A stretch of DNA of 64,000 bases from Anaeramoeba ignava BMAN. Lineage: Eukaryota; Protista; Anaeramoebae. Below, one piece after another: positions 22,401-35,802 of the stretch. Position numbers and translations under genes: made by a program. The notes under the pieces are model-generated. The model was given only the letters and a program-made list of their open reading frames with translations, was not told the origin of the DNA and did not search any database. Every line of letters starts with the position of its first letter. Positions within the stretch are counted from its first letter, which is position 1. The stretch is from positions 1,151,206 through 1,215,205 of the forward strand of contig JAPDFW010000081.1 of NCBI GenBank assembly GCA_028826165.1, given 5' to 3'.

Positions 22401-25098
22401 TCCGTTTGAATGAGAATAAATCACAAAAAATTCGAAATTCATTCAATCAACCCATTTTCTCAAGTCTCCAATCGCTTACATTGCTTAAATTATTTTTGAA
22501 ACATGGCGCAGATATTAATGCAATATCTTCAAATCACGAAACACCTTTTGATTTAATTTGTGACAAATATCACAATTTGAAAAACACAATTGAAGAACGC
22601 AAAAACAAAACAGAATCAAATCAATCCGAAACCAATATTGATATTTTGAAGGAAGAAATGGCTGAACTAAATCCCAATTCATTTCTTTATAACGAACTTG
22701 AATGGTATTTGAATTATTTGGTTGAATCTCAAAAACAATCAACTAGTTATTCATATAGAAAACGACCAAGAAGAGCTGGCAAAGGTTTAGGAATGAGAAA
22801 TCGAATGTTCAATAGAGGATTTTCTTTTGGTAATGATGATGATGACGATGATGATGATGATGAGAATTATGGAGATGAAATTTCCGAAGAAGAATTGAAA
22901 GAAAATCGAGAATTCAATTCAAAACAAAGAGAAGATATCAAATTTGAGATGTTGAGCAAGATTCGTAAATATATGAAAAAGAAATTTGCGAAGAAATTTG
23001 TTGATATCAAAATTGATTATAAATCAGAAGATTCCTATATGATTCAAACACAATTAAGAATGAAAGATCCTTCGTCATGGGAATATAGAAGAAAATATGG
23101 ATTTAACAATAGAAGAACAGCAAGAAAATTTGGACTTTCCAATTTGGTTTTAACTCGAGATAAAAGCAAGAAGAAGTATCCAGTTCGATTCTTTTCTTTA
23201 TCTGAAGATGTTCTTGGTCATCATGTTGGTTCTAAATGTTTTGATGAAAATATGCAACCTGTATATTTGGATCTTTTTGATGCTATTAAGGCAGGAGATA
23301 TTAAAGCAGTTGAAGAATTGACGATTAAAAAACCATTTAACGAGCAACCACATGTAAAATATTTTTTAAATATTAAATATTAAATATTTAAATATTTATT
23401 TTTAATTTTAAATTTTTAATTAATCTAGATTTGTTGTTATCTTGAATACTCAAAAAGAACTCCTCTTCATGTTGCAGTTGAGCTCAATAACGCAGAAATG
23501 GTTCGTAGACTAATTGAAATCTCAGTTCTTCAATTTACTCCACTCAAAACAGAATTGGAAACAGAAAAATATGTTCCAATGATCAACAACCAAGATTTAA
23601 CCCAAATGGTGGGAAGAATCAAACCAAAAAATTTTGTTGATCGAACTGGACAAAAATTATATAAAGCAGTAGATGAACTTATTGATATTGACCAAGAAAT
23701 GAAGAAATTAAATTGCGTAGTTTCACCATCAACATTAATCAAATCATCAAATACAAACAGAATGACTGTTCTTGATTATTGCATTGACAAAGGTTTGAAC
23801 GAGACTTGCGAAATGATTCTCCAGATCTGCAAAGCATGGAATATTCAAGAGCATCCTTTTTCATATAATGAAAGTGAGATTAAAGAATCATCAGATGTCA
23901 TCAAACATCTTCTTTTCGAAACTCAACAGCAATTGATTCCATTTGAACTTGCAATTTCAAAAGGAAATATCAAACTTGCGGAAATTATTCTTCATTACGA
24001 TGGAGTTTATTCAAAACAGATTGTGGAAGATCCAAAAACATATAAAGGATTGAATATTGATGGGAAAAAGCATAAATGGCACAAAGAACATTATGCACAA
24101 GAACATGTAATGTCTAAAAACGCATTAAGAGTTGCTGCTTTTTACGATCAACCAATTTCTATTGAGTATTTAACAGAAAAAGCAAAGGATGAATGGCTTA
24201 AATTGTTCTCAAGTAAATTGGAAACACATGAATTACCCAAATCATTTGATTTCGAAAATCAAGATGATACAAAAACTCCATTCTTCACTACGCAATTTCC
24301 AAAAAGAATCTCCAAGCGATTCAGATAATTTTGAAGCTTGACAAAGTGAATATTATAAATCATCCTAATACAGCAGGCGTTACTCCATTGATTTTCGCAG
24401 CAGGATGTGGATATGATGAGATTGCTGATTATTTGCTTAAATCTGGAGCACAACTTGAAGCGAAAGAGAAGAATGGATGGTCAGCACTTCATTATGCTTG
24501 CCAATTCAATCGACGCAAATGTGTTGAAGTTATTCTCAAATACAGTAACAAAGAACAAGCCAATATCCGCACTGAGAATTTCGCATATACACCCTTGATT
24601 CTCAGTTCATTTGCCAACAGCTTGAAGTCACTCGATGTTTTACTTGCCGATCCGAAAACAGATTTCTTTGCAGCAGATATTTATCACAACACTGCTATTC
24701 ATTATGCGGTTATTCAATCAAATATCGATGTTCTTCGCAAATTACTTCCTGAAAAAAATATCAATGTTCAGAAATATTTCCAAGAAAATACTGTTGGAAT
24801 GACTGTTTTTGATTATGCTGTTATGGCTCTTGTTAATACTTTCCAACATGAACGTAATTCTTCTTGGAATTTCTCTAATAATTTCAATCCTGCTCAAGAT
24901 GTTAATACAAAAGCTTTTGAATGTTTCAATTATGTTTTTTCTATTTTGGGTAATTCTCGTAAAATTACTAATTTGAATGATGCTCAATTATCTTTTAATG
25001 CTATTACTCATCAAATTTCAGATACAGAAACTGATAAAGAAGAGTTCTTTTCTAATCACATTTATTCACCTTCACCAATTTCAAAACTTTGGATTTAA
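19453..25098 (+). CDS. Large protein with N-terminal Pol-beta-type nucleotidyltransferase-like domain and ankyrin repeats; exons 19453-19882, 19947-20147, 20307-20823, 20902-23353, 23429-25098
   Basis: VAGGSV...SDIDIFIYG, RHIQIILRLY, GFDVDC and RRSPTYETRLAKY. Ankyrin motifs GRAPLHLAV, MTPLHYA, RTPLHVA, GVTPLIFAA and GWSALHYA. One-base frameshift near 24270 in an A run. Confidence 0.8.
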
Positions 25099-25520
25099 AA
25101 TCAAAACCAAAGAAAACAAAAACAAAAACAAAACCAAAACAAAAACAAAAACAAAAACAATAAAAATCAAAAAAAATTAAAAAAGAATTTTAAAAAGAAA
25201 TTTAAAAAGAATTTTAAAAAAAAATTTAAAAAAAAAAAAAGATTAAAACTTCTCTTTCTTAATTGAATTGAATTGAATTGAAATTGAATTGAATTGAAAT
25301 TGGTTTGAATTGTTGTTTAAATAAGATCCAAAAAAAACAACAAAACCAAAAAAAAAATATCTTTTCTTATCTTTTCTTTTCTTTTGTATTTTGTGATTTG
25401 TCTAATTTGTAACTGATTGATTTGGAAAATGAAAAATTTGTTTTGAAAATCAATCTTCAATTTAATCGCAACTTCAAAATGATTTACTTCTTTTGTTCTT
25501 TTTCTTTCCTTATTTGTTTC

Positions 25521-28500
25521 TTAATAATCATTTTGACTTAAATTTTGACTTTCATAAGGATTTGAAAAAGAATTTTGACTTTGAGAATATTGAGATTGAC
25601 TATTTTGAGTTTGAGTATTATAAGCAGCAAAACGAGTATGCAAAAAAGAATGTTGAGGAATAATTTGAGGATTTGAATTTAAAAAAGAAGAATTAGATTG
25701 TGAATTTTGAGAATAATTTGAATTTTGAGAATAATTTTGATTTTGAATGTAATTTGAATTTTGAATGTAATTTTGATTTTGAATGTAATTTGAATTTTGA
25801 ATGTAATTTGAATTTTGAATGTAATTTTGATTTTGAATGTAATTTTGATTTTGGAAATAATTTTGATATCTTGAATAATATTTCTTAATTGAAGATAAGT
25901 TTCCAGAAAAACGTTCAGGATTATGAATTGATTTTGTAACTAAACATTGTTTTTTATGGAAATGATTTAAAAGTTTATTCCAAATCTCATATTTTGAGAG
26001 CATAATAGCATTGCCGAACATAATCAAACCATAACGGGCACGAGTGATTGAAACATTAAGCCTTCTTGAGTCTTTTAAGAAGCCAATACCAGCTTTTCTG
26101 TTAGATCTAACACAAGACATTATGATGTAGTCTTTTTCTCTTCCTTGGAAAGAATCCACACTGGCAACTTCAATTGACTCATAGAACTTTTGGGGTTGTT
26201 TGCCAGAGGTCTGCATTGTTCGGATGATAAGCCCGCGCTGGCCTTCATATGGTGTAATGACACCAATCTGTTTGGGAATTATTCCCGACTTCAGCAAAAT
26301 GTCAATCATTTCAAGAACCAAATGTGCTTCTCTGTTATTGATATATGAAGTTCCAGAAAATGAAAATTCTTCCTGACCATCTGTGTGAAAAAACATCATC
26401 GGTATTTTTTGAACTGGCCAACTTATATCTGTTGTTTGTGTGCGATCGTGTTCGTCAACTCCGTTTTGTAATCCTCCTTCGTAGAAGTAATTTGATGGGA
26501 ATTCTGATAAGTATGGATGCATTCGATACTGAATTTGAAGTGGTGCTGGTTTGATTTCTAGTTTTATTAGTCGCTCAAATAGTGATTGATTGAAATGTGC
26601 TTTTTCTGCTTCTTGGCATAAGACAACTGGTCCTAATTGGAAGTGGTCACCAACAAGTATAATTTTTTTGGATCCTTTAACCAAAGGTATTAAGGTTTCT
26701 GGTTCGGTTGCTATCCATAACACAAATCATAACAATAATAACAAAGATATTTTTTAATTTTCAAATTAATTTTATAAATGAATTTTAATTTTAATTTTAA
26801 TATTAATTTTAATTTTATATTTAATATTAATTTTAATTTTAATTTTAATATTAATTTTAATATTAATTTTAATTTTAATTTTATATTTAATTTTAATTTT
26901 AATTTAAATTTTATAAATGAATTTTAATTTTAATTTTATATTTAATTTCAATTTTAATTTTAATTTTAATTTTATATTTAATTTTAATTTTAATTTTAAT
27001 TTTAATTTTAATTTTATAAATGAATTTTAATTTTAATAATAATTTTAATTTTATATTTAATTTTCAAATTAATTTTATAAATAAATTTTAATTTTGTTTT
27101 AAAATTTTATATTTAAAACCTTGCGTAGTCTCATCAATCAAAACATATGGAAAAGAAAAAGAATCTAAACGAGTATCACCAGAACCAACACAAGTACAAC
27201 AAATAACATCAGCTTCCTGTAGAATTTTTCTCTCCGCTTTCCTCTTAAGACGTTGGAATTGATCATGATGCATTTGGAATTTAGAATCGGACTCTTCATC
27301 AATCTTTAAATAGAATTCTCTAAACTTCTTAAATCGTTTGCCAGGAATTTTTTTGATTTGATTATGCAAACCAAGAAACTCAACAGAAGAAGTGATTTCC
27401 TCTCTGCTTTGCGCAAATAACCGGACTACCTTGACGCCAGTCGAATGGATCTTCTTTGTAAGTTGGTCGACGGCGATATTGCTTGGCGCGCAGACAAGCA
27501 CGGCATTCGTAGATCGACCTGTCTTTGATTTTGGAGTTTCTTTTTTTTTCAATTGAACAAGATGATAAACAATAGCAGCACTTGTCACTGTTTTTCCTGT
27601 TCCAGGAGGACCTTGTATAAGTGTAATCTCCTGACGAAGTGCGTTCTCAACAGCCTTTTTCTGCGATATATTCAGCTCGGGAAGGCCTTGGACTGCTGGA
27701 AGAGTGGACCAGGTTTGAGGATGTGATTCTTTATAAATTTCTTCAACATTTCCAAGTAAACAATCATAAATTTTTTGGGATGTAAAATTGATTTTTGTAC
27801 GCGACATATAAGAGATTGCGTGCTGCATTCTGTCGAAGGAAGTAGCTCTGAACAAAAACTCAACGGTGAAACCTGAAGTTTGACCTGAAAGTGGAGGTTT
27901 TTTTTTTGCGATGTCAAGAACGATTTTTTCATCCAAACGAATTTCGATAATTCTTCCTCGCGCTTCCCAGATGCAAGAAGTAATGGATTCCTGACCATGT
28001 ATTTCTGTCTTATTAAGAGACAAACGGATTTCTTCACCAACTGAGAATCTCGAGTCTGCATTTTGTTTTGGGAAGAGAAAAAGAGCGCGAGTTCTCGGCG
28101 ATTGAGACAAATCCCATTCAACATTGATATCATCTCTCTTTTGCGTCTCCTTGTGCAACTTGTCCGTCTGTTCCTCCATCTTCACAAGCTGTGTGAAGAT
28201 CTGATTATACTCGAATCCATCCGAGTATTTCAATTGAACTTGACGAACCGTTCCAAATTTTTCGTTGTCTAAATTTCCATGCAGTGTCTCAATGCCTTCT
28301 AATTCTTGATATGTTAGCTGCGGAACCTTTGCTTGCTCCTCTTCGGGTGGTTGTTCTACAATGTCGTTCAAAAGGCTTCTGTCCACAATCAAGGGCGTCC
28401 AACTGCGGGCGCTAAAATTCGAATTTTGAGAACAAATTAAATCCATACAATTTTGTCTACAAACTAGCATTGAGTTCTGTTCTTTGTCGCTCACAAAACC

Positions 28501-30387
28501 AAGATCGAATACGTTTCTTGACTTGCATTTTTCGCACGCGATCACAGTGTACAGTTTCGATTCAGGATGCAGCTCGATCTCCTTGCTTCTTGTGAATAGT
28601 AAGTGTTGAATTATATGTGAACTTGGTGCTTTCCCAAAGCAATTGCACATCCATTTCCCTGTAGATGTGCATCGCACAAGGTAATCTACCCCAGAGATCC
28701 CGCAATATGCACATCTGATTTGTGTAGTGCTTGATTTTGTTTTTGGATCAATCTCTTCGTTTTGTTCCATATCTTTTTTTTTATTTATAAAATTATATAT
28801 AAAATTATTTATAAAATTATTTATAAAATTATTTATAAAATTAAATATAAAATTATTTATAAAATTATTTATAAAATTATTAATAAAATTATTTATTAAA
28901 TTATTTATAAAATTATTTATAAAATTATTTATAAAATTAAATATAAAATTATTTATAAAATTATTTATAAAATTATTTATAAAATTATTTATAAAATATA
29001 TAAAATTATATATTAAATTATTTATAAAATTATTTATAAAAATTATATAAAATTATTTATAAAATTATTTATAAAAATTATATATAAAATTATTTATAAA
29101 ATTATTTATAAAATTATTTATAAAAATTATATTAAAATTATTTATAAAATTATTTATAAAATTATTTATAAAATAATTATAAAAAAATTAAATTTTATTA
29201 AAAATTAATTATAAAATTATTTATTTATAAAATTATTTATAAAATTATTTATTAAAATTATTTATAAAATTATTTATAAAATTATTTATAAAATTATTTA
29301 TAAAATTATTTATAAAATTATTTATAAAATTATTTATAAAATTATTTATAAAATTATTTATAAAATTATTTATAAAATTATTTATAAAATTATTTATAAA
29401 TTATAAAATTATTTATAAAAATTATTTATAAAATTATTTATAAAATTATTTATAAAATTATTTATAAAATTATTTTATAAAATTATTTATAAAATTATTT
29501 ATAAAATTATTTATAAAATTATTTATAAAATTATTTATAAAATTATTTATAAAATTATTTATAAAATTATTTATAAAATTATTTATAAAATTATTTATAA
29601 AATTATTTATAAAATTATTTATAAAATTATTTATAAAATTATTTATAAAATTATTTATAAAATTATTTATAAAATTATTTATAAAATTATTTATAAAATT
29701 ATTTATTAAATATAAAATTATTTATAAAATTATTTATAAAATTATTTATAAAATTATTTATAAAAATTATTATTTATAAAATTATTTATAAAATTATTTA
29801 TAAAATTATTTATAAAATTATTTATAAAATTATTTATAAAATTAATTATAAAATTATTTATAAAATTATTTATAAAATTATTTATAAAATTATTTATAAA
29901 ATTATTTATAAAATTATTTATAAAATTATTTATAAAATTATTTATAAAATTATTTATAAAATTATTTATAAATTGTTGTATTTGTTTTACCAGAATCTTC
30001 AAAAGATAAAATCTCAGGCTCAGAAGCAATAAAATCGCTTTCAGTCTCATCATCATCTTCAATTTCATTTTCATCATTATCATCTTCATTATCATTATCT
30101 TCATTTTCATCATTATCTTCAATTTCATTTTCATCATTATTATCATCATTATCATTTTCATTATCATCATTATCATCTTCATTATCATCTTCATCATCTT
30201 CATTATCATCTTCATCATCTTCATTATCATTATCATCTTCAGAATCATCTTCAGAATCACTTCCAAAAGATATTTTTTGTGCTTTTGAAGAAAGCCAATT
30301 ATCAAAATTTTCATTTTCATTTTCATTTTCATTTTCATTTTCATTTTCATTTAAATCATCTTTCTTTTTAGAATTAATTTGAGACAT
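25521..30387 (-). CDS. UPF1: UPF1/NAM7 nonsense-mediated decay helicase; exons 30387-29991, 28772-27120, 26710-25521
   Basis: Acidic N-terminus; CH zinc domain (CAYCG...KWMCN...SHIIQHL); QGPPGTGKT; CAPSNIAVD; spliced IDETTQ|ATEPE; VGDHFQLGP; QYRMHP; SVDSFQGREKD; RRLNVSITRAR; SQ-rich tail. Confidence 0.95.
26750..27100. repeat. Intronic degenerate (ATTTTA)n array
   Basis: Inside UPF1 intron 26711-27119. Confidence 0.85.
28785..29972. repeat. Intronic 12-mer satellite (TTATTTATAAAA)n
   Basis: Fills UPF1 intron 28773-29990; long nearly perfect stretch. Confidence 0.95.
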
Positions 30388-30511
30388 TTAAATTTTATTT
30401 AAAAAAAAAAAAGGAAAAAAATGAAAAAAAAAATTGAATTTTTTATTTTTTAATTTTTTTTTAATTTTATTGTTATTGTTTTTTTTTTTTTTTTTAACTT
30501 TAATAAAAAAA

Positions 30512-31631
30512 ATGATACATAATTCAGAGTCAGGACCATGCATTGCAGGATCTATATTAGGAATGAGCGGTGCATTAATATATATAATAGCTTATATTCA
30601 ATTTAAAAAATTACGAAATTATCCCCGAAAACTAATTTTTGTTCTTTCAATATACGATTTCTTAATCAGTTTAGCTCTTTTCCTTCCTGGATATACTTCT
30701 ACTGGATTTTGTAAATTCCAGGTTTATATGATTGCTTACTTCCTTACAAGTCCAAGTTATTGGTGTTTTGTGATCTCGATCATTTTTCTTCTCAAATTTT
30801 ATGGTTATAAATATTTTGAAACTCAACGTTTTTTCAATTTTGCGCATATTTTAATGCATATAATTTCAATCACTTTACTTATTACTTATGTTGTAAAAGC
30901 AAATCCAACTTCAAATGGAAGAACACATTGGTAATTATTTTTTTTATTGATTTTTAATTTAAATTTCAATTTTAAATTTTAATTTTAATTTTTGATTTTA
31001 TTTTTAATTTTGATTTTAATTCAAAAGGTGTTGGATAAAACAAATCCCTCTTGAAATCTTAATTTATGTAATCTATTGGTTTTTACTTTTGGGTTGTATT
31101 CTATTCTATTCAATTATCATTTGGAAAGTCTACAAAGCAAAAAATCAAACAGATTTTGAAAGAGGATTTCAATTCAAAATGTTTTTAATCCCATTATTTT
31201 ATGTTTTCACAGCAATATTTAGTTCAGTAAAAAGATTAAGAGAAATGATAAATCCAGATGTGTCTCCAAGTCCATTTTTGGATTTCACACAAGGTTTATT
31301 TCTTCCAACTGAAGGCTTTTGGGATTTTGTTCTTTTTGTTCTTGCTGATAAAGAAACAAGAAATACAATTGCAAGAAGTTGGTTCAGATGCTGTTGTAAA
31401 CCGAAAAACGATGATACAACAAATTCAGACCAAAATACTTTTAGTGATCTTGATTCATTCAAATCAATTGATTTGAATAAACATTTAACTGATAATAAAA
31501 ATCAAAATCAAAATCAAAATATAAATCAAAATATAAATCAAAATCAAGATTCTAATTCTTCAAATACTTCAGATGAAGTTGAATCTCATTCTGATCTTGA
31601 ACTTTCTGAATTTCATCAAGATAATTTGTAA
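30512..31631 (+). CDS. 7-TM GPCR, cAMP-receptor-like (Dictyostelium CAR/Crl type); exons 30512-30930 and 31028-31631
   Basis: GSILGMSGALIYII..Y..FKKLRNYPRKLIFVLSIYD, C..Q, spliced HW|CWIK, PTEGFWDFVLF; series of hydrophobic helices. Confidence 0.8.
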
Positions 31632-31680
31632 AAAAATAAAAGAAAAGAAAATAAAAGAAAAGAAAAGAAAAGAATTTTTT

Positions 31681-31698
31681 TTTTTGTTCCACTTTTTT
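31681..31698. promoter_or_regulatory. Conserved intergenic element TTTTTGTTCCACTTTTTT
   Basis: Identical to the copies at 35755 and 55121; lies between convergent stops. Confidence 0.5.
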
Positions 31699-31781
31699 AA
31701 TTTTAATTTTAATTTTAATTTTAATTTTTTTATTCTCTTTTCCTTTTGAAAAAAAAATTCTTTTCTTTTTTTTTTCTTTTG

Positions 31782-34700
31782 TTAATCAAAAAGATTTTGA
31801 GCATAAAAATCTACTGCATGATCACAAAAAAATTTCACATGTTTCGCATCATCAGTTATGTTTTCATTCAATTTTTGAACAATGAAATCAAAAGGAAGAA
31901 ATTGATTTTGTTGTGATTTTTGGAAACGATGAACATTTGAAGTTTGTTTTGAGAAAACAGATGATTTCAATTTAGAAGAAAATTTGCTTGAATAAAATTC
32001 AATTAAATTTTTCCAACATTCAGGAAAATATTCAGAAACAGAAATGAATTCTTTTTCATGTTCAAGATAAGATGCTAAATAAAGTATATATTGAGGATCT
32101 TCTTTATTGTTTTTCATTAAAACTTCAATAAAATCAAAAGTAATTATAATCACTCGATTATCAATATATCTAAAAAACAAACTAAATAATTATTTAATAA
32201 AATATTTAATAAAATATTTAATAAATTTCTAATAAATTATTTAATAAATTATTTAATAAATTATTTAATAAATTATTTAATAAATTATTTAATAAAATAT
32301 TTAATAAATTATTTAATAAATTGTCTAATAAATTATTTAATAAATTATTTAATAAAATATCTAATAAAATATTTAATAAAATATTTAATAAATTATTTAA
32401 TAAAAATATTTAATAAATTGTTTAATAAATTGTTTAATAAATTGTTTTAATAAATTGTTTAATAAATTGTTTAAATAAATTATTTTAATAAATTATTTAA
32501 TAAAATATTTAATAAATTTCTTATAAATTATTTAATAAATTGTTTAATAAATTGTTTAATAAATTATTTAATAAATTTCTTATAAATTATTTAATAAAAT
32601 ATTTAATAAATTATCTAATAAATTATTTAATAAAATATTTAATAAAATATTTAATAAATTGTTTAATAAATTTCTTATAATTTTTTTGATAAATTTCTTA
32701 TAATTTTGTTTAATAAATTTCTTATAATTTGTTTAATAAATTTCTTTAATTTTTTTTTGATAAGTTGTTTAATAAAATTGTCTACTTTTTGGAAAGTGAT
32801 GTGTATCCTAGATAGCAAAATAAATCCTGGAAAAAATGTGGATAAGGAATCGACATTTCTTCAAGAAAGGAATAGAAATTTTTCATCACTTTAAATGCTT
32901 GTTTTAATTTTACTTTTTCATCTTCATTTTCTGTAAAAAGAAAATTCTCATTTTGAAACACTGTTGATGGAATCAATAATTTCTTTAAAATATTAAAAAC
33001 CCTTTTTGTTGAATTTTCTTCTTCTTTTGAATACATTTCCACAAAAGAATTAACAATCCTATTTTTAGGCAAATGATTAAGAATATGTTTTGCTAAAAGA
33101 TCTTCTTTCTCTTTTACAGTTAAAACACCTGAAATATTATCATTTTCAGCATTTTTCACATCTTTTCCCGAATTAATAACTTGGAAAAAGAAAAATGATC
33201 CAGTTTCTTCCATTAAATTTAACGAAAAATTAGAATATTCAATTTTTCCTTTAGTCATTCTTGGAATGTAACTTTTTGGAACCAATTCATTCCCCTAGTT
33301 TTTTTTTTGTTTCAAATTGATTGTCAATTAATTAAATTAACTCCTTTTCATATCCAAATAAAATAATCTGTGAGACCCATTACATATAATCTAAATCCTG
33401 GAATACTTGATTTTGGAATTGTTGATAAAAGCACTTTTTTATATTTCCCAATTTTTTTCATTTCAATTTTCTTCATTTCTCCATAAGTTAATCCAACAAC
33501 CAATTCTTGGAAAAAAGCTGATGTAAAAGCAGAAATATTCATTGAACAAATATTTTCGATAATTTCTTCCACTAAATTATCAGATTCAAAATGGGAAGTA
33601 ATTGCATGAATTGCAAATTTAACAACTGAATCAGATGGTAATAAACTAAACAATAAAGGAAATTTTGAGAGATCGAATTCAAATGAAAACAGTTCAAAGT
33701 TTCCAATATCAAATCCAAAATCTATTTTAATTTAATTTAATTTCATTTTAAATTTAAAAAGAATTGAAAATTGTTTTTTTCAATCATTTCAGAATAAATT
33801 AAATAATTGCACTACATTCTGTTTGGAGTGATGTTTTCAAAAGATATAAAGTTATTGATTCTTCTAAATTATCTTCTACAAGAGAAAAATGTGGCACAAA
33901 ATCATTTACTAAAAAAGGAAAAAAATAATTTAATTTGAATTTGAATTTGAAAATCAAAATCAATACAAAAGAAACTCATTGATTCCATTGTTAAGTGACT
34001 TCGACCGAAATCAATAAAGGATAAATAAATATTCGGAATCAAAATGATCAAATAACCAAATAATGAAGTAATAAATGTATTTGATTTCATAATAAATTTT
34101 GAAGAGAGATTTTTTAAAGGAATTGAAACAATAATCTCTTCTTTGCGATAAAGAGAAATTATTCGAATTCTTCTTTCTTTCAGATTTTGGTTCATTAATT
34201 CTATTGTAAGGTGTTGACATAAACAAATTTCTTGTTGAAAATATTGTTTTTCTGAAGGAATCTAAAAATATATAATTTATAAATTTTTGATTTTGATTTT
34301 GATTTTGATTTAAATTTCGATTTTGTTACAGGATCAATTTTGACAAGAGAAATTCTAAGATTGGAATTTGGAGAAACTAAATTACTACTAAAACTTTGAT
34401 GATCATAAATTTTTCTTAGTGACTCCAAATAAGAAACAACAAATGGAATAGCAAAATATTTTTTGTTATGTTGTTTAAAAGAATAAAACCATAAGCAAGT
34501 TTCTTGACTTGAAGCTGAAATTTTAGTAATAAAATAAAGAACTTGAGAAATTGGATCAAATTGATACCAATAAACAGAGTTTGCAATATTTTTTTTTAGA
34601 ATAATCTTAAATGAAAAATTTTTCTTGATTAAAATTTTTTTGAATGAAAATTTCAATAGGAAATAAATTAATATACTTTTTGATCAGAAATATTATAACG

Positions 34701-35597
34701 ACGAATAAATTTTCCATCTAGTATCACTATAATTTGTTTTTCATTTTCAAACTAAATTTTTTTTTTTTTGGATTTGAAAAAAGAATAATTGAATAATTGA
34801 ATAAATATTGAATAAATGAATAAATATTGAATAATACAAAAACTGCTTGATATTCTTGTGTTGGAGGAAGAATAATAAAAATATTTTCAGGGTTTCTAAG
34901 ATCAATAAGATAAGTTTGATAATAATCTTTTATAATGAAAAAAAAAAAGAAATAAAAATTAATTTAAAAATAAAAAAAAGAAAGAAAGAAAGTAATTTCT
35001 GTTTTACTATTTTCTTGAGCAACAAAATGACCTTCAGTTGTTTCTAATCTTTGAATTCTTGAAGTAAATACTTGAAATATAAATAATTAAATAATTTCAA
35101 AATTAAAAAATTAAATTTTTTAAGAAAGAAATAATTAAATATAAAATTAATTACTAAGTGTTTTGAAATTATTATTAATTGAAGCTCCAACACAATGAAT
35201 AGAAGTTGGATGAATATAAAGATTTTCACGAACATTTTTTTCAATATCAAAAATATCAATTAAAGTTTTAATTTTCTTTTTGTTTTTATTTTTTTATTTT
35301 AAAAAAATTTTTTTGTTTTGAAAAAACATTTTGTTAATTTTTGAATACATTATCAATTGTTTTTTGTTTTGCTATTAAGATTTTATTGTTGTTTTGTCCA
35401 ATAAAAATATCTTTTTGAGGGATATTTTCTGGATTATGAAATTCATTCATATCAATATCATTATTTAAAATTGAATTTGAATTTGAATTTAAATTTAAAT
35501 TTATTAAAAGTTTATTTGAAAGATTTGGAGAAACTTTTGTTTGAATATTTTGAGATTGAAATTGAGATAATTGAGAAATTAAATTAAATTTAATCAT
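31782..35597 (-). CDS. Gamma-secretase-activating protein (GSAP/pigeon)-like, about 10 exons
   Basis: Segments resemble GSAP from recall: GASINNNFKTL, WYQFDPISQVLYFI, ICLCQH, PYPHFFQDLFCYLG..SLSKN|LFFRYIDNRVIII, FLPFDFIV. Some junctions (about 33300-33350 and 34755-34840) need a 1-nt correction, so exon borders are provisional. Confidence 0.65.
32185..32780. repeat. Intronic 12-mer satellite (TTATTTAATAAA)n
   Basis: Fills intron 32182-32785. Confidence 0.95.
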
Positions 35598-35754
35598 AAA
35601 AAATTAAAAAAAAAAGAGAATAAATTAAAAAAATGAAAATGAAAAAAATGAAAAAATGAAAAAAATTTATTTGAATTTTTGATTAATTTTTTTTTTGCAA
35701 GAATTGAAAGAAGAAGAAAAAGAATTCTAAAAGAAAGAAAAAAAAAAACGAAAA

Positions 35755-35774
35755 TTTTTGTTCCACTTTTTTTT
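35755..35774. promoter_or_regulatory. Conserved intergenic element TTTTTGTTCCACTTTTTT
   Basis: About 30 nt beyond the permease stop (minus-strand gene). Confidence 0.5.
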
Positions 35775-35802
35775 TGCTTTTCTTTTTGCTTTTGAAAATT
35801 TT

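Noticed and set aside
24265-24335. Ankyrin gene apparently split into two ORFs (23498-24328 and 24331-25098)
   Set aside because: Adding one A to the run at about 24271-24275 restores NSILHYAISKKNLQAIQIILKL, an ankyrin repeat. Likely a homopolymer error in a single gene.
25100-25310. (AAAAC/AAAAAC)n and (AATTG)n as telomeric or regulatory repeats
   Set aside because: Short internal microsatellites in 3' spacers with no G-rich telomere unit.
11032-30387. Inteins in eIF2-gamma or UPF1
   Set aside because: P-loop and helicase motifs are contiguous after splicing; no C...HN Hint or LAGLIDADG insertion is seen.
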